The notes below the pieces were generated by a model. That model was not told the origin of the DNA and made no database searches. It saw nothing but the letters and a program-made list of their open reading frames with translations. From Octopus bimaculoides (Eukaryota): a DNA stretch of 53,870 nucleotides. The DNA is taken from NCBI RefSeq assembly GCF_001194135.2, contig NC_068992.1:36813123-36866992 (forward strand), given 5' to 3'. The translations under genes were made by a program, and so were the position numbers. This document shows positions 23,821-37,229 of this stretch, one piece after another; the first letter of the stretch is position 1; each line of letters starts with the position of its first letter.

Positions 23821-26800
23821 AGGAAATGATAATCGTATAAAGTAACTGAATGAGAAAGAAATAAATTATGAGATTGAACTGTGTTTTGGTCTCGGCTTCT
23901 TTACATTTCACTTGAGGTGATTACATTAATGAAAAGATGTAAATAAATTCCAGATAGAAATAGACCATTATGCAATATGTGAGTGGTAATATTGATGTTA
24001 TCCAAAAACTAATCTTTTGTGTCTCCTCGTCGTCAATACGCCTTATTTGTCGCTAAAATTTCTTTTTAATTGTAGTTCTTTTTATTGAGTCAAACAGGGT
24101 TTCTGGAGGCTTAATTATGCCGTGGCACAAAATAAACTCTAACAAAATAAAATCCAGCAAGGCAATAAAAACCAATGTACAGGGTACTGTAGACCAAAAA
24201 CCCTTATATTCTAGATTACTGAATAATAATTGCTTTCTCAGCACAAAACTTTCTGAACTTAAGTCAAAAGGGAAAATATAATGCCTTGGAAGAAGATAAT
24301 AGATAAGAATATCAACGTAAATTTCGACGTTATGTTGTAATTCAGAGGAGGGTATGAGTATTGGTTTCTAGTTTATTTTATCAGTTCTATGGGGTGAGAG
24401 ATATATTTGCAGATATGAATAATACTGAATTATAATCACTAAATTATTAATAACGTAGCAGGAGTGTATGGATAAAATCCGTTTCGAAGATTTGCTCAGC
24501 TAACAACAGCATTTCACTTTAATTAGATAGAGCTACCAATATTTCTTATGATCACAATTACACATATAGGCACTAATGTGTATACACATATAACTTATTA
24601 CAAATCCCTAAATACAATAAACTTTCAAATACATACGCAATTTCAGAAGCCCATAAATAATACATACTTTATGAGTCCCCATAGCTCCCGAAGCCATTTA
24701 TCGTATGTATTACATGTGTATGTGCGTGTACGTACGTACGAATGTATGTTATTGGGTTTGAAGATGTGAAATGAGATTCTGTTGAAGCGGTACGTGAAAA
24801 ACTAAATCAAAACATTCAATCGCAATTAGAGGGCTGATAAAATAGAAAAGTTTCGTCGTCTTCACTATAGACATTGCTGAAAGACATCGATTCATTACAC
24901 TTTCCGTTTTGTTTTGATCATTTTTGTATATTACGTTGTAGTTTTTATAATATTCATTTATATGTTTTTACATCAATTATACTTAGGACATTAGCTTTTT
25001 GATGTGAAAAAATGTACACTTAAATATCTGATCCACCACTTAATCTGCTTGAAGGTATGAGAAAATCTAAGAATCGTGAAGTATTATATAAAATACTATT
25101 AACGTTCTATTATATTCGGTTGTTGAATAAGTGACTTCAGAAAATATACATATACAGAATTCTATATATTCGTTTGTTTTTGGAATGTATCTTGCCTCGT
25201 CATATTGATCTTATTTTTCTGTAGTCGATTATTGTCGTGCAACGGTTTGATGCTTCGTCATCTGAAAAAAATACTAACCACAGTGACTGCAATTATTCAA
25301 TGAGTTCTTGATTCAGTGGATGTAGAATCAGAAGGCTAGTGTCAGAGATTTTGATTTATTTTGTTACATTCAATTAAAAATTTTAAGAAATGGACAATAT
25401 CATGAAAAAATATTTACTAAAATTGAAACCTAATGTAACAGTCAGTTACCTATCTAAACATTGAGTATATTCAGATCAACGAAATGAAATATAATTCAGT
25501 TCAAATACATACGTGCTCTAGTGTCATCTGCGGTTTAGTGTCCTTTCTTTTCTTTTCTTTTTTTCTCTATTATAGAAAAACCGTGAATCAAAAGATATTG
25601 AAGAGGAAATGAAGAAATATTTACCTATTAGCTGATATTCAGAATAAATTCTGAAGATTATGAGTAACTAAAATCATTAAAATATTATGACCAAATCATA
25701 ACAGGTTGTATATTATCATAAAGATAGTCTCATAGGCGCAGTACATCCGAAAAAATATAGAGTCAGGGATGATCCGGGAATAAGAAACAACACCTTTAAA
25801 TAGTGTTTATAATTATTTTAGAAGTTGGAATGCACTGAAAAATGGCAATTTCTCGTTTATTCTAACGAACGAACCTCTATGCGGTCACGCAACATGGTAG
25901 ACATAGCAGAAAAATCTCGCTACCATGACTCATATTCTACTTTTTTTAAAATGAAGGACACTTTATATGGTGTAGCCATGGATGTACGAAAATATTAATG
26001 GCTACAACAGGAACGATGAAGGCTGACTTGGAGCTAAACAAAAACGATCGTTTGTGCCAAACTGGATACTTCATATATTTAAACACGCAGTATTTCAAAA
26101 CGCTTGGTCGGTATTCGTTGATGGTGATTAGAGTATGCGTATTAGTGTCAATTCTTGGTTGAGCCTTGAGCCATCTCATTTCGCAAGTACCAAGTAATTT
26201 TTACCTAACCGCCGTCAAAAACTGATTGTATTATCTATTTTATTGATATATTATGTTGATATGAGATTGTTATTCATTTACTAAGCAGAATGGATTGGTT
26301 AAGAAGTTCGCATCGCAATAAAAAGGTTCAAGAAATGATTCCATTGAGTGTCACTTTGCAGAAGTACCTTCTCATACAGCCTTCTGAATGAAATCGGAGA
26401 GACGGAATCTACGGAAACAGTTTGGATTGACTCTCTTTGTAATTCAAAATAGAGTTGACTTACACACGTCCATGGAATACTAAGCCACTTGCACACTGAT
26501 TCACTGAGTAAGCGGGTGTGCTGATCAAACAGTAGGAATACTTATCGTCGAAACAGACAAAGATCCATTTTACCAAAAGCTTAATGAAGATTACGAAGAA
26601 TTTTCAGAATTCAAAGAACATTTTAAAAGCATGGGTCTCTTGTTAATATTAGTTTTAAATGCGAACAAGAATCATTTGTCTTTCATGTTTGTACTTGTTT
26701 AGAGGTTTTGAAAGCTATCTTATTTATTAATCTGAAACACAAAATCAAACGTTTAATCTTCATTCTAAAATATTTTATCCTTAAAGTGTTCACCAAAAAT

Positions 26801-27812
26801 TTGTAGCTGTCTAACTTTTCCTCATTATATTCGATTTCACTCTAATGAAACATATTTTGTTACATCTCGTCGTAATATTCAATTGTTTCAACTACTATTT
26901 CTATTCTGATGCAGACTATGACTTTTCATGAGATCTTTCTATCTTTAATACCAACTGATTTGTCTTCTATTGTTGACGTTATCTGCATCTAGACGTCTCC
27001 AAATAACTACTTTACAAAACGTATCTCTCTAAAAATCAATCCTCTTTCAATATCTTGCAAAATGCCTTGGTTGTATCTGTCACCAATTGTTTAAGCTTAT
27101 CTCAGCAGTCAAATGAATTTTCTATTCTTGTTAATATTTAGATTAGTAACTGTAATTAATTCTAAATTATCGTTTTAACACACATTCACAAAGAAGTCTT
27201 TTATGCTTGAAAGGGTAGCATTTAATTATATTCCCAGGCTATAACAATCTGTTCAAAACTCGTAATTGCCCATACTTTTTCCTATACAGATGTTTTAATT
27301 ATTTTACAGTACTTAAGATTTAGTTCTTGATATAAAATAAAATAAATGAAATAATTTTCTATAATAAATAGAACAGTTACTGCCTTAGGCTCTATAAATG
27401 TTGATCAAACAAATAACTAAAAACATATACTTAAATAATAATTTCTTATAAACCCAGAAGATTTATAGAGTTAACAAAAATAAATAAATTATATGATCAC
27501 AACACTTTCCGAAAATGCATAAATTGGGGTAAAATACCAACAAACTTGAAACAAATTTAAACTGAATATTTAGACAGAGAGATCTTATTTTGACAGATGT
27601 ATTTGATTCGAGTACATTATTTTGGTATTTTGAGACTTTTGATGAAATGAAAAGTAAGTCAAAATTTCAAGGACAATTATTTTCATTATTATAATTAGTT
27701 TGATAAACGCATCAAGATTATCCTTCCTTAAAACATGAATTGCTTCATCTACAAAAATGGTCAATACTCAAAATTAAAATATTTCATGGATAACAAAGAC
27801 ATTTATAATATA

Positions 27813-28520
27813 TATTGCCAAACTAACATGGCAGTACAGAGAAATAGGACGAATGCTGCTGCTGATTAGCTCCGAGAGGCGATCGCCACTAGCTAGCTAT
27901 ATGATGCACGAACCTGCATCCATAAACCTTCGAACAGGGGAGGTCATCAGCTTCCGTTTGCTTGCTTGGCATCCACAGATCGGTTTCGGGGTAGTTTCCC
28001 CTTATCAATGTGGAGCAGCCGAGTCAAGCAGGGGTCGCTGTTGACCTCTGTTCAAAGGTTTTGTTTAAGTTTATTCAGTGAAACACATTCACTGATTTTC
28101 AAAAATAGAAATGTTATAATTTCTGAATCTCTCTAAAGGAGAGATACAGCAGCTGTACTGGGTATTAATATTTATTGCCAAACTAACGTGGCAGTCCAGA
28201 GAAATAGGAGGAAAGCTGATGTTGATTAGCTCTGAGAGGCGATCGCCTCTAGCTGCATCCGGGCAACTACCCCGAAAATGGTCTGTGGATGCCAAGCCAG
28301 TAAAGGGAAGTTGATGACCTCTCCTGTTCGAATGTTTATGGACACAGGTTGGTGTGTCATATAGCTAGCTAGAGGTGATCACCTCTCGGAGCTAATCAAC
28401 AGCAGCATTCGACCTATTTCTAAGGACTGCCACGTTAGTTTGGCAATAAATATTAATACCCAGTACTGCTGCTGTATCTCTCCTTTAGAGAGATTTAGAA
28501 ATTATAACATTTCTATTTTT
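27813..28520. mobile_element. Palindromic non-autonomous element plus an adjacent inverted partial copy
   Basis: 28101-28254 pairs collinearly with 28367-28520 (coordinate sum 56621 at both ends). 27813-28000 is the reverse complement of 28261-28449. Confidence 0.8.
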
Positions 28521-28556
28521 AAAGATATTTCTGTCCATCGTTAATAAAGGCCTCGT

Positions 28557-28695
28557 GGTTAACAAGATGACCATAGTTAACAAAGATATTCAAGGTTAAT
28601 AAAAATGTTCAAGGTTACAAAGATATTCAAGATAAACAAAATTTTCAATTCGAACAAAGATGTCAGAGGCTAACAAAGATGCTCATGGTTAACAT
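28557..28695. repeat. Degenerate ~19-bp minisatellite (aacaaagatattcaaggtt)
   Basis: About 7-8 recognisable units. Confidence 0.6.
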
Positions 28696-29820
28696 GGTAG
28701 ACTGTTAATGCCCTTTCAGAAATGATTTAAATCACTCTAGTATTCTACTAGCAGTTATGAATGAGATTGTAAATACATTACGTAAGTGCCATAGCGATTT
28801 TAATTACTTTGACTTTAAACTCGTTTCGGTACATTTTTGTCATTTCATATTATTTGCTGATAATTAGTAATATATTTTCATGGAAAATAATATCAGACTT
28901 AATATATGTCATTTTGTAGCTTGTGTGTATGCGAAAGTGCCATACTATTTTCCTATTGTCCTTTTGTTTAAATTTTGCAGGCTTGAAATGTACGATAGAT
29001 TGTATTTTTGAAGCAGTTGAAAATGGGTAGCTATATGCATGTAGTAAATCTTTGCTCCGTTATTTTGCTAATTTGTATATTTTGTTGGAACAAGTACAGG
29101 GCGTTTTAATGCAGTTTTAGAATATACACAACATAGGGAATATTTCCCATCGGTATTTTGCATGTTCCATACAATATTATAGCAAAGAGTATTCTCACTG
29201 AAGAGATAAGTTTTATAATACTGTCAAATTATTCGTTTAGATTTTCGTTCAGTCTGCTTTCACACTCTCATCTAAGACCAAATATTTATAGAACACGGGA
29301 ATGTTCAGTTCTCTATATATCTACTTCCAAATGTTACAAATGATCTGCTTGATTTATTATCATGTTCTTGTATTTTATATTCCAAAGGATTGCTAAAAGG
29401 TCATACAATATTGAGGAGACTTTTAAGTTAGAGTTAGGCTTAGGTTACAAATTTGGTTTATTCATGAAGAGATGATGGGTAAACAGGTCCTTATACTCTG
29501 CATGTTCTATCTCAAATTATATTGATAAGCATTTATAGATAACTCCTCTGCTCCTCAGAAATATCAAATGTGAAATTTGTATAATTTAATGAATGGTAGT
29601 CTTTTAAAAAGGTTATGAAGTAATATGGGAAAATTAAAATTTACTGCTTTTGATTTTGGTAAGTAGACTTTAGTATGAGAATCTTGAAATTCATATATGC
29701 CACTTTGGTAATTCTTCTGTGGTAATCCATAATAATTATGTATAAAATCCATTACACTGTCCTGTATTCCAAATATAGTTCATAGACTTAAATAATATAA
29801 TGTGAAATTATTTGTGAGAT

Positions 29821-32800
29821 TTCTTTTATTGCCCACGAGGGCCAACACAGAGAGGACAATACAACCTGATTTTGGGGGTCAGATACACGAATGGGAATAC
29901 ACAAAATATGACTTTTAAAAATTTAACATAATATAAATGAACGAATGATGGGACCGAGGATAGAGTGGAAGCACGGGTTTAGCTCGGGCCCCACGAGCTC
30001 CGCCTCGCCACTGATAACTGAGATAAGCCCTGTACCGCGTTCAAGAGGTTACTCCTCTCGCAACGTCCACGCTATATTCTTCCATCGGTTCTTAAACATT
30101 TCCGCAGTCAGGCATTTCCTCTCTAGCCCTATTTTCCATTTAAGGTGGAAGATGAAATAATCCACCAGTGCAGAGCCAGAAATGAAAATGCCCGACTTTA
30201 ACCCTTTCCCTCTAGTTCTCTAAATAACCTTTCTTGCAGTTGCTACTACAGTGAGAAAACAAATCTTACCTTCTTTCGAGAGGAAATCAGGTGGGTCAAT
30301 TTTTAATATAGACTCAGTCGATAGCTGTACTCTTCCTGTACTTGACAACAGTTGTTCAGCATAAACCCACACTTCCGACACCTCCGAACACTGCACAATA
30401 GCGTGCGGGACAGTTTCCCTATCCCGCCCACATCTTGGACAGGTCGAAGAGCCACGGCCACTATGCCTTGTGAGTTTGTCCAAAACAGGTAAAGCTCCTC
30501 GGTAACACTGTCATGCCAGAGACTTCTGAAAGTTATCCAGGGTCTTCGGCCCGAATGTACGTCGGAACAGACTGGTCAGATGATTATCGTCGAGACCTAA
30601 GGTATCGTTACATTTCGCCTCTACAAGCCCTCTATAAAAGAAAGTGGTGGAACTCCCACCGCAGTCATTGCCCGAGCAACGGAACAGCAGGAGGGCCTTT
30701 CGACACTCCGTATACCATGTACTCAACTTCGATCTTCGATTCAACCAGGTTTCCCATCCACCGAAACTAGTGAACTTGGGAAACATCTGTTTCGCCAGCG
30801 AAGACCACACCCGTTCACCATCCAGGTTGAGCAAAAGATGTCTCAACCTCAGCGCATTTTTGCGCATCAACAGCCAAGGCATCCCCAGCCCACCCTTTAA
30901 CGGTTGTTGGCAGAAAATAGAGCGTCTCGCAAGTGGATTCGAGCCCTTCGACAAAAAGTGGAAGAGCTATCTTTCCAACTTGATCAACCACGAATCAGAG
31001 CAAGGAACGACGGTTAGGCGGTAGGTTATGACCGATGCGATGAACATATTGGCTACCTCTTCCCTCCCTTTCAGGGATAGCCACCGCCAAGGCCAGGTCT
31101 TGACTATGTGGATCACCCTGCTCGATACCTCGGCCCAGTTCTTCTCTATTTGGAGGTCTGGTCCAAACCAAACTCCTAGCAACTTAATCGGACCCTCCGT
31201 CCAACGTCCTACGACGCTGTCAGGAGGCATCGACTTGCCTCTCCAGGTGCCGAGCTGCAAGCCGACTGACTTTTCACGATTAACTTTTGCTCCTGCCACC
31301 GTCTCGTAAACCTCAATGGCCTTGCCTACCTTCTGGAGGTGATCCAATTCGGTTACGATGATGGTGATGTCATCCACGTAGGCTGAAACCGACTTTNNNN
31401 NNNNNNNNNNNNNNNNNNNNNNNNNNNNNNNNNNNNNNNNNNNNNNNNNNNNNNNNNNNNNNNNNNNNNNNNNNNNNNNNNNNNNNNNNNNNNNNNNNNN
31501 NNNNNNNNNNNNNNNNNNNNNNNNNNNNNNNNNNNNNNNNNNNNNNNNNNNNNNNNNNNNNNNNNNNNNNNNNNNNNNNNNNNNNNNNNNNNNNNNNNNN
31601 NNNNNNNNNNNNNNNNNNNNNNNNNNNNNNNNNNNNNNNNNNNNNNNNNNNNNNNNNNNNNNNNNNNNNNNNNNNNNNNNNNNNNNNNNNNNNNNNNNNN
31701 NNNNNNNNNNNNNNNNNNNNNNNNNNNNNNNNNNNNNNNNNNNNNNNNNNNNNNNNNNNNNNNNNNNNNNNNNNNNNNNNNNNNNNNNNNNNNNNNNNNN
31801 NNNNNNNNNNNNNNNNNNNNNNNNNNNNNNNNNNNNNNNNNNNNNNNNNNNNNNNNNNNNNNNNNNNNNNNNNNNNNNNNNNNNNNNNNNNNNNNNNNNN
31901 NNNNNNNNNNNNNNNNNNNNNNNNNNNNNNNNNNNNNNNNNNNNNNNNNNNNNNNNNNNNNNNNNNNNNNNNNNNNNNNNNNNNNNNNNNNNNNNNNNNN
32001 NNNNNNNNNNNNNNNNNNNNNNNNNNNNNNNNNNNNNNNNNNNNNNNNNNNNNNNNNNNNNNNNNNNNNNNNNNNNNNNNNNNNNNNNNNNNNNNNNNNN
32101 NNNNNNNNNNNNNNNNNNNNNNNNNNNNNNNNNNNNNNNNNNNNNNNNNNNNNNNNNNNNNNNNNNNNNNNNNNNNNNNNNNNNNNNNNNNNNNNNNNNN
32201 NNNNNNNNNNNCTTCAATTACCTCCTCAGGTGTGATCGGCCCTTCACAGCTCTCTGTGTCCCGCCCCGATAGGCGCGGCAGCCCGGCGAGGAAGTCCGTT
32301 AGGTCCCTCCCGTTATCCGGTCCGCTGCCCCCACCGAAAAGCTGCGTGAAGTGCTCCTGAAAAGCCTCACACATCTCCTCGGGCTCGTTTATCAACTTAC
32401 TTTGGTTCGTCAAAGATCGGATTGTAGCATCATTACCACGTTGGGCTTCCACCACTCGGGCTCATCCTGCGGCCCTGATTCCCTCGCAACCCACAGCACA
32501 GAGTCTAGCCCTGACAATGCAACCCTTGTGTTTGGCTTTGAGGTGCTGGTTTAACGCCAGTCTCTTGGCCTTCACCTGAATCGCAGAGCCAGTTCTCATT
32601 GTTCCCTCTAATTCCTTAACTAAAACTGATTCCCTCCTACTCTCTCTAGCCACTAAACCTATGCTATATCTAATAGACTCAAATTTAATGGCTCGCTTGC
32701 GGGCATACCACCATTTATTATTAATAATGGTACCGGTTAATGCCCTCTGAATCAACAACCTAATCCGATCTCTGTACTCCTTAATCGCCAAAAGGGATGT

Positions 32801-35200
32801 ATTAAGTTTCCAGTAGCCGAAGCCTCTATTATATAGCTTATCTATGTCAAGCCTACAGGTGATCATTTTATGATCGCTGTAGCTGACTGGGTAAAACTGT
32901 GGACACTTAGCTATATTTCTATCTACTTTTCTAATTAAGACTATCTATGTATGATCTGGAAGATCTGTTGCTATTTGACCAAGTTCACATTGGAGCGTTC
33001 GGAAATTCCAGCCTATAAGGATCTGTTAGCTTAAAGCGGTTTAGCAGTTCCAGGAAGCAAGAATTACCTTTTCTAGTAGTTCTCGAGCTAACATAATCTA
33101 CGCGTACCTCGCAGATTGTGTTAAAGCCACCTAGCACAACTAAAGTGTGTGATGTACCGAGAAACTTCTCCAGATTCCGATAATAATCACTTTGCCCGGA
33201 TGGCTGGAGTGCATAAATTGCATAGTCTGAAAACTTTACCATGGCTGAACGTCAAGTCCATGACGACCAGCCTACCTTCTGGATCTGAAAAAATTAATTT
33301 TTTCTCAGAAACCTGGTTTCTTTTTAATAGGACCAACACCCCTCCCCACTAGAAGGACAGTCTGGAGAGAGAAAAACTCTCGTAGCCATTCAACAGGGGA
33401 GCAGATCTCTTGGCCCCCTTAACCGGGTCTCTTTAGCAACAATAACATCCAATTTCCGCAACATGATGTCATTAAGGACCTTACTTCCATTCTGACATCA
33501 GGCTACGCACATTTATACAACCTACATGAATGTTTGACATCGCTTACCTCTGCATCAGTGGTTCGAGGTTCCTTCGTTCTCGTTTTCTTTCTCCTTTTCC
33601 CGGGCTCGTGGCGTATTTGGACGTAGGCCCTCGTAAATATATGGAGAAAAATCCATTCTGAGAGGGCCTATGTCGTGAAAGAATTCGGACTTAATCCGTC
33701 GGTAATCCTTCCAGCCTACCCTGTAGATGAGAAAGTCTTTTGATGATGTTTTTTTCACCCGTTTGGCAGATGAAATAGCTGCCAAAAGGTTAATCAGTCT
33801 ATTACGTGATGCCTTGATGGCCATGTATGTATTTTCTTTTTTATTTTTCGTTCTTCTTTTTTAAGTTCAGTTTAGTAGGGGTGGTCTGTGTTCTTTTCTT
33901 CTTTTATTTTTTTGGAAAAAGTCGACCACCCCTCCTCTCTATCTTTCTCTTCACTCTATTCTGTCGATATTGGTGTTAACTCTACTTTCGGTGTTGGTGC
34001 TGGCGTTTCATTTGTTGTTTCTTCTAATTCTTCTTCTTCTTGTTCTTTTTCTTTCGGTTTACATTCCGACCTGATGTGGCCCTTCAACCTGCAGTTAAAA
34101 CACCTTAGTTTTCTTCCTTCAACAAATACTATCAATCTTTCTTCTCTGCCAACATTTACGATTTCCGCAATGTCTTCGAGGGTTGCGACTTCTGCTTGAA
34201 TTAGCATTGTCGATTCTCCTCCTTTCCACAGAGGCCTGGGGTATAGTTATTTTGTCCTCCAGGCCCATCGTGATAGCTGCCACTAAACAGGTAGCATCAA
34301 CTATTGGAGGGATGTTGTTGACTTTCCCCTTTGACGTTCTTCTTCCCATATATACGGGAAGAAGACCCACCTCCTCCGTTCTGAGGGTCACCGAGGAGTA
34401 CTTCTTATCTGCTTCTTCTGACCTAAACTTCACTTCGACCGTTCCAAATATTTTGCCACGGTTAATGTACGTAATATCAGGTCAAATAGGTTTGAGGTAT
34501 TTTTCCACAATTTTCTCCTCTGTTTTATATATNNNNNNNNNNNNNNNNNNNNNNNNNNNNNNNNNNNNNNNNNNNNNNNNNNNNNNNNNNNNNNNNNNNN
34601 NNNNNNNNNNNNNNNNNNNNNNNNNNNNNNNNNNNNNNNNNNNNNNNNNNNNNNNNNNNNNNNNNNNNNNNNNNNNNNNNNNNNNNNNNNNNNNNNNNNN
34701 NNNNNNNNNNNNNNNNNNNNNNNNNNNNNNNNNNNNNNNNNNNNNNNNNNNNNNNNNNNNNNNNNNNNNNNNNNNNNNNNNNNNNNNNNNNNNNNNNNNN
34801 NNNNNNNNNNNNNNNNNNNNNNNNNNNNNNNNNNNNNNNNNNNNNNNNNNNNNNNNNNNNNNNNNNNNNNNNNNNNNNNNNNNNNNNNNNNNNNNNNNNN
34901 NNNNNNNNNNNNNNNNNNNNNNNNNNNNNNNNNNNNNNNNNNNNNNNNNNNNNNNNNNNNNNNNNNNNNNNNNNNNNNNNNNNNNNNNNNNNNNNNNNNN
35001 NNGCTACCTCGGCGAACTTTTTTGACTTCGCTGACGGTGATATTTTCTCTTCAAAAATGTTTAATTCCCTCGGCGTCACTGTCGGTGAAATTCTTTCTTC
35101 GGATCTTTTCCTTTTGGCCGGCACATAAAAAAAGTAATTTTTTGTAACTGAACACTTTCGAATTTCGTATACTGGTAGAATGTGTCATTTAAAACATCAT
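29821..35200 (-). mobile_element. Near-full-length Tx1-clade (L1 superfamily) LINE, decayed and gapped
   Basis: ORF1 starts MPAKRKRSEE (35124) and has a CCHC knuckle CFNCRLKGHIRSEC. ORF2 has APE motifs (VGCINVRSL, LVVLGGFN, GFGYWKLNTSLL), RT SAYVDDITII and a C-terminal CPRCGRDRETVPHAIVQC. AATAAA lies at the 3' end near 29825. Confidence 0.9.
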
Positions 35201-35261
35201 TTACTGTTGGCGTTTTTAAGAAAATTCTTTATTTTCGAGTTATTTCGTGTTAAAGTTGTCG

Positions 35262-36172
35262 TATTTCGGTAATTTCAACCAATCAATGACATCTATTGAG
35301 GTGAAAACAATTACTGCTGTGGTTTGTCAACAAGACGTTTTGGCGGTGTAAATTTACTTTGTCACTGTTATTTATGACATCGTTCGTGCGTTTGTACTGG
35401 TTTCAGCCTTAGGGTTAGGGTTCGGGTTTTAGAGTTAGGGTTAGAGTATTAGAGTCAGGGTTAGTGTCTTAGCGTTAGGGATAGGGTTTTAGAGTTAGGG
35501 TTAGGGTTTTAGGGTTAGGTTAGGGTTTTATTCAGCTGCTATTTTCGGGAAGACATTTCCCCCCACCCCTCCAATTTCTTCATTTTTCACATTTTTCTGT
35601 AACTCTGACCCTAAAATTCCAATCCTAACCTTATCCCTAAAAACCCCCCACCTTAATCCTAAAACCCTAACCCTAATACTAAAACCCTAACCCTAACCCT
35701 AACTTTAAAACCCTAACTCTAACCCTAAAACCCTAACCCTGACCCTAAAACCCTAACCCTAACTCTAAAACCCGAACCCTAACCCTAATGCTAAAACCCC
35801 AAAGCTAAAACCAGTACAAACACACGAACGATGTCATAAATAACAGTGACAAACGAAATATATACCGCCGATAGTTGTTGTTGACAAACAACGGCAGTAA
35901 TTCTATTCTAGGGAAAAGATCTCAAAATAGGCAATTTCGAAAACGCTAAAACAAAACGAAAATACTTCCACAAACAAAATAGACTGAATTTTTTTTTTAA
36001 TAACTAATAACTGAAATGATTAAACTATATACACGTGTATCTCAAATGTAAATATATCAGAAATAACAGTGACAAAGTAAATTTACACCACCAGAACGTC
36101 TTGTTGACGAACCACAGCAGTAATTGTTTTCACCTCAATAGATGTCATTAATTGGTTGAAATTACCGAAATA
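35262..36172. mobile_element. Palindromic element containing inverted telomere-like (TTAGGG)n...(CCCTAA)n arrays
   Basis: TTAGGG variants at ~35408-35530 and CCCTAA variants at ~35605-35800. Non-telomeric arm 35300-35405 pairs with 35808-35900, and 35262-35380 pairs with 36060-36172. Confidence 0.8.
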
Positions 36173-36330
36173 CCTAATGCGCCTACTATTATAGGAATTG
36201 TTTCTGTTTTTAGGCTTCACATTCCAGTTAGCTTTATTTCCAGATCTTTGTATTTTGGAAGTTCCTCCGTTTCTTTTAGAGAAACATTATCATCTGTTGG
36301 TATTGATACATCGATTAGAAAGCATTTTTT
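36172..36330 (-). mobile_element. Dong/R4-like LINE RLE-domain fragment
   Basis: Minus strand reads KCFLIDVSIPTDDNVSLKETEELPKYKDLEIKLTGM*SLKTETIPIIVGALG, homologous to 44656-44930. Confidence 0.8.
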
Positions 36331-36565
36331 CTTGGTGATCTCTAACAACTATATCCAGCCTATTAACCTTCATTTCTTTATCTGTGTGTTTTGGCATATT
36401 CCAAAGTATGGTTGCTTTCTCATTGCAATACGGTTTATTGTCCTTTCTCCATCACCACATATTCTGCAGTTATTTGTTGCATTTTTTCATTATGTGATTT
36501 TGGTGATTTCTGGAGGGAAGTCTTCTCAGCCATTGTTGAGAATTTGCTTTGTCTATTTCTTTTCT

Positions 36566-36965
36566 TCGCAGTCACAGCATATCTCCAGAGGTCTCGGTCT
36601 TTTGCCATTGCCTCTGTGAGGCCCAACATTCGAAGGTCATGTTTCACCACCTCATCCCATGCCTTCATGGGTCTACCTCTACCCTGGATTCCTTCAACTG
36701 TTTGAGAGTGGCACTTCTTCACACATCTCTCCTCATCCATCCATAATACCAGCGCAACGTCTCTCTTGCACACCACATCTGATGCTGTTTATGTCCAACA
36801 TTTCTCTCGGAGCGCTTATACTCTGTCGTGTGTGCACACTGACATTACACATCCAACGGATCATGCTAGCTTCATTTCTTTCGAGCCTACGCATGTCCTC
36901 CGCAGTCATGGCTCATGTTTCACTGCCGTGAAGCATGGCAGTTCACACACATGCATCGTACAATC
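36566..36965 (-). mobile_element. RTE-clade LINE 3' fragment
   Basis: Minus strand has AMLHGSET.AMTAEDMRRLERNEASMIRWMCNVSV and GRGRPMKAWDEVVKHDL..DRDLWR. Confidence 0.85.
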
Positions 36966-37229
36966 TACTCCCTTTGTTATATTCTATATAACAAATTCTT
37001 TGTTATATTTAAAATTAATTGAAAGAAACACAGAGCATCTCAACAGAAATATGGTAACAGAAGGGTTACACATAAACAATCACATCATTGAAGCCTCAAA
37101 GCAACAATATAATGCAGGATAAATTCAAAACAATGTGAATAAATAAGCTTTACATTTGGCAGATTAATCTGAGCCCTAAAGGGCTAAACTTACTGTTTAT
37201 TTTCACATAATATTTTCCATTTAAGGGCT

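Noticed and set aside
24465-24510. Hammerhead-like CTGAGCA..CGAAACGG on the minus strand
   Set aside because: G8 is altered and stems I and II are not formed; too degenerate.
25940-26640. Possible piggyBac-like transposase remnants (ADQTVG; HAVFQNAWSVF)
   Set aside because: Similarity is too faint and the motif order is inconsistent; needs BLASTX.
29821-35234. ttcttttatt as TSD of the Tx1 element
   Set aside because: Low-complexity 10-mer that overlaps the element's own polyA signal; not distinguishable from chance.
35408-35800. Ancient telomere-telomere fusion site
   Set aside because: The arrays share identical variant units and sit within non-telomeric inverted arms, which favours inverted duplication or a mobile element.
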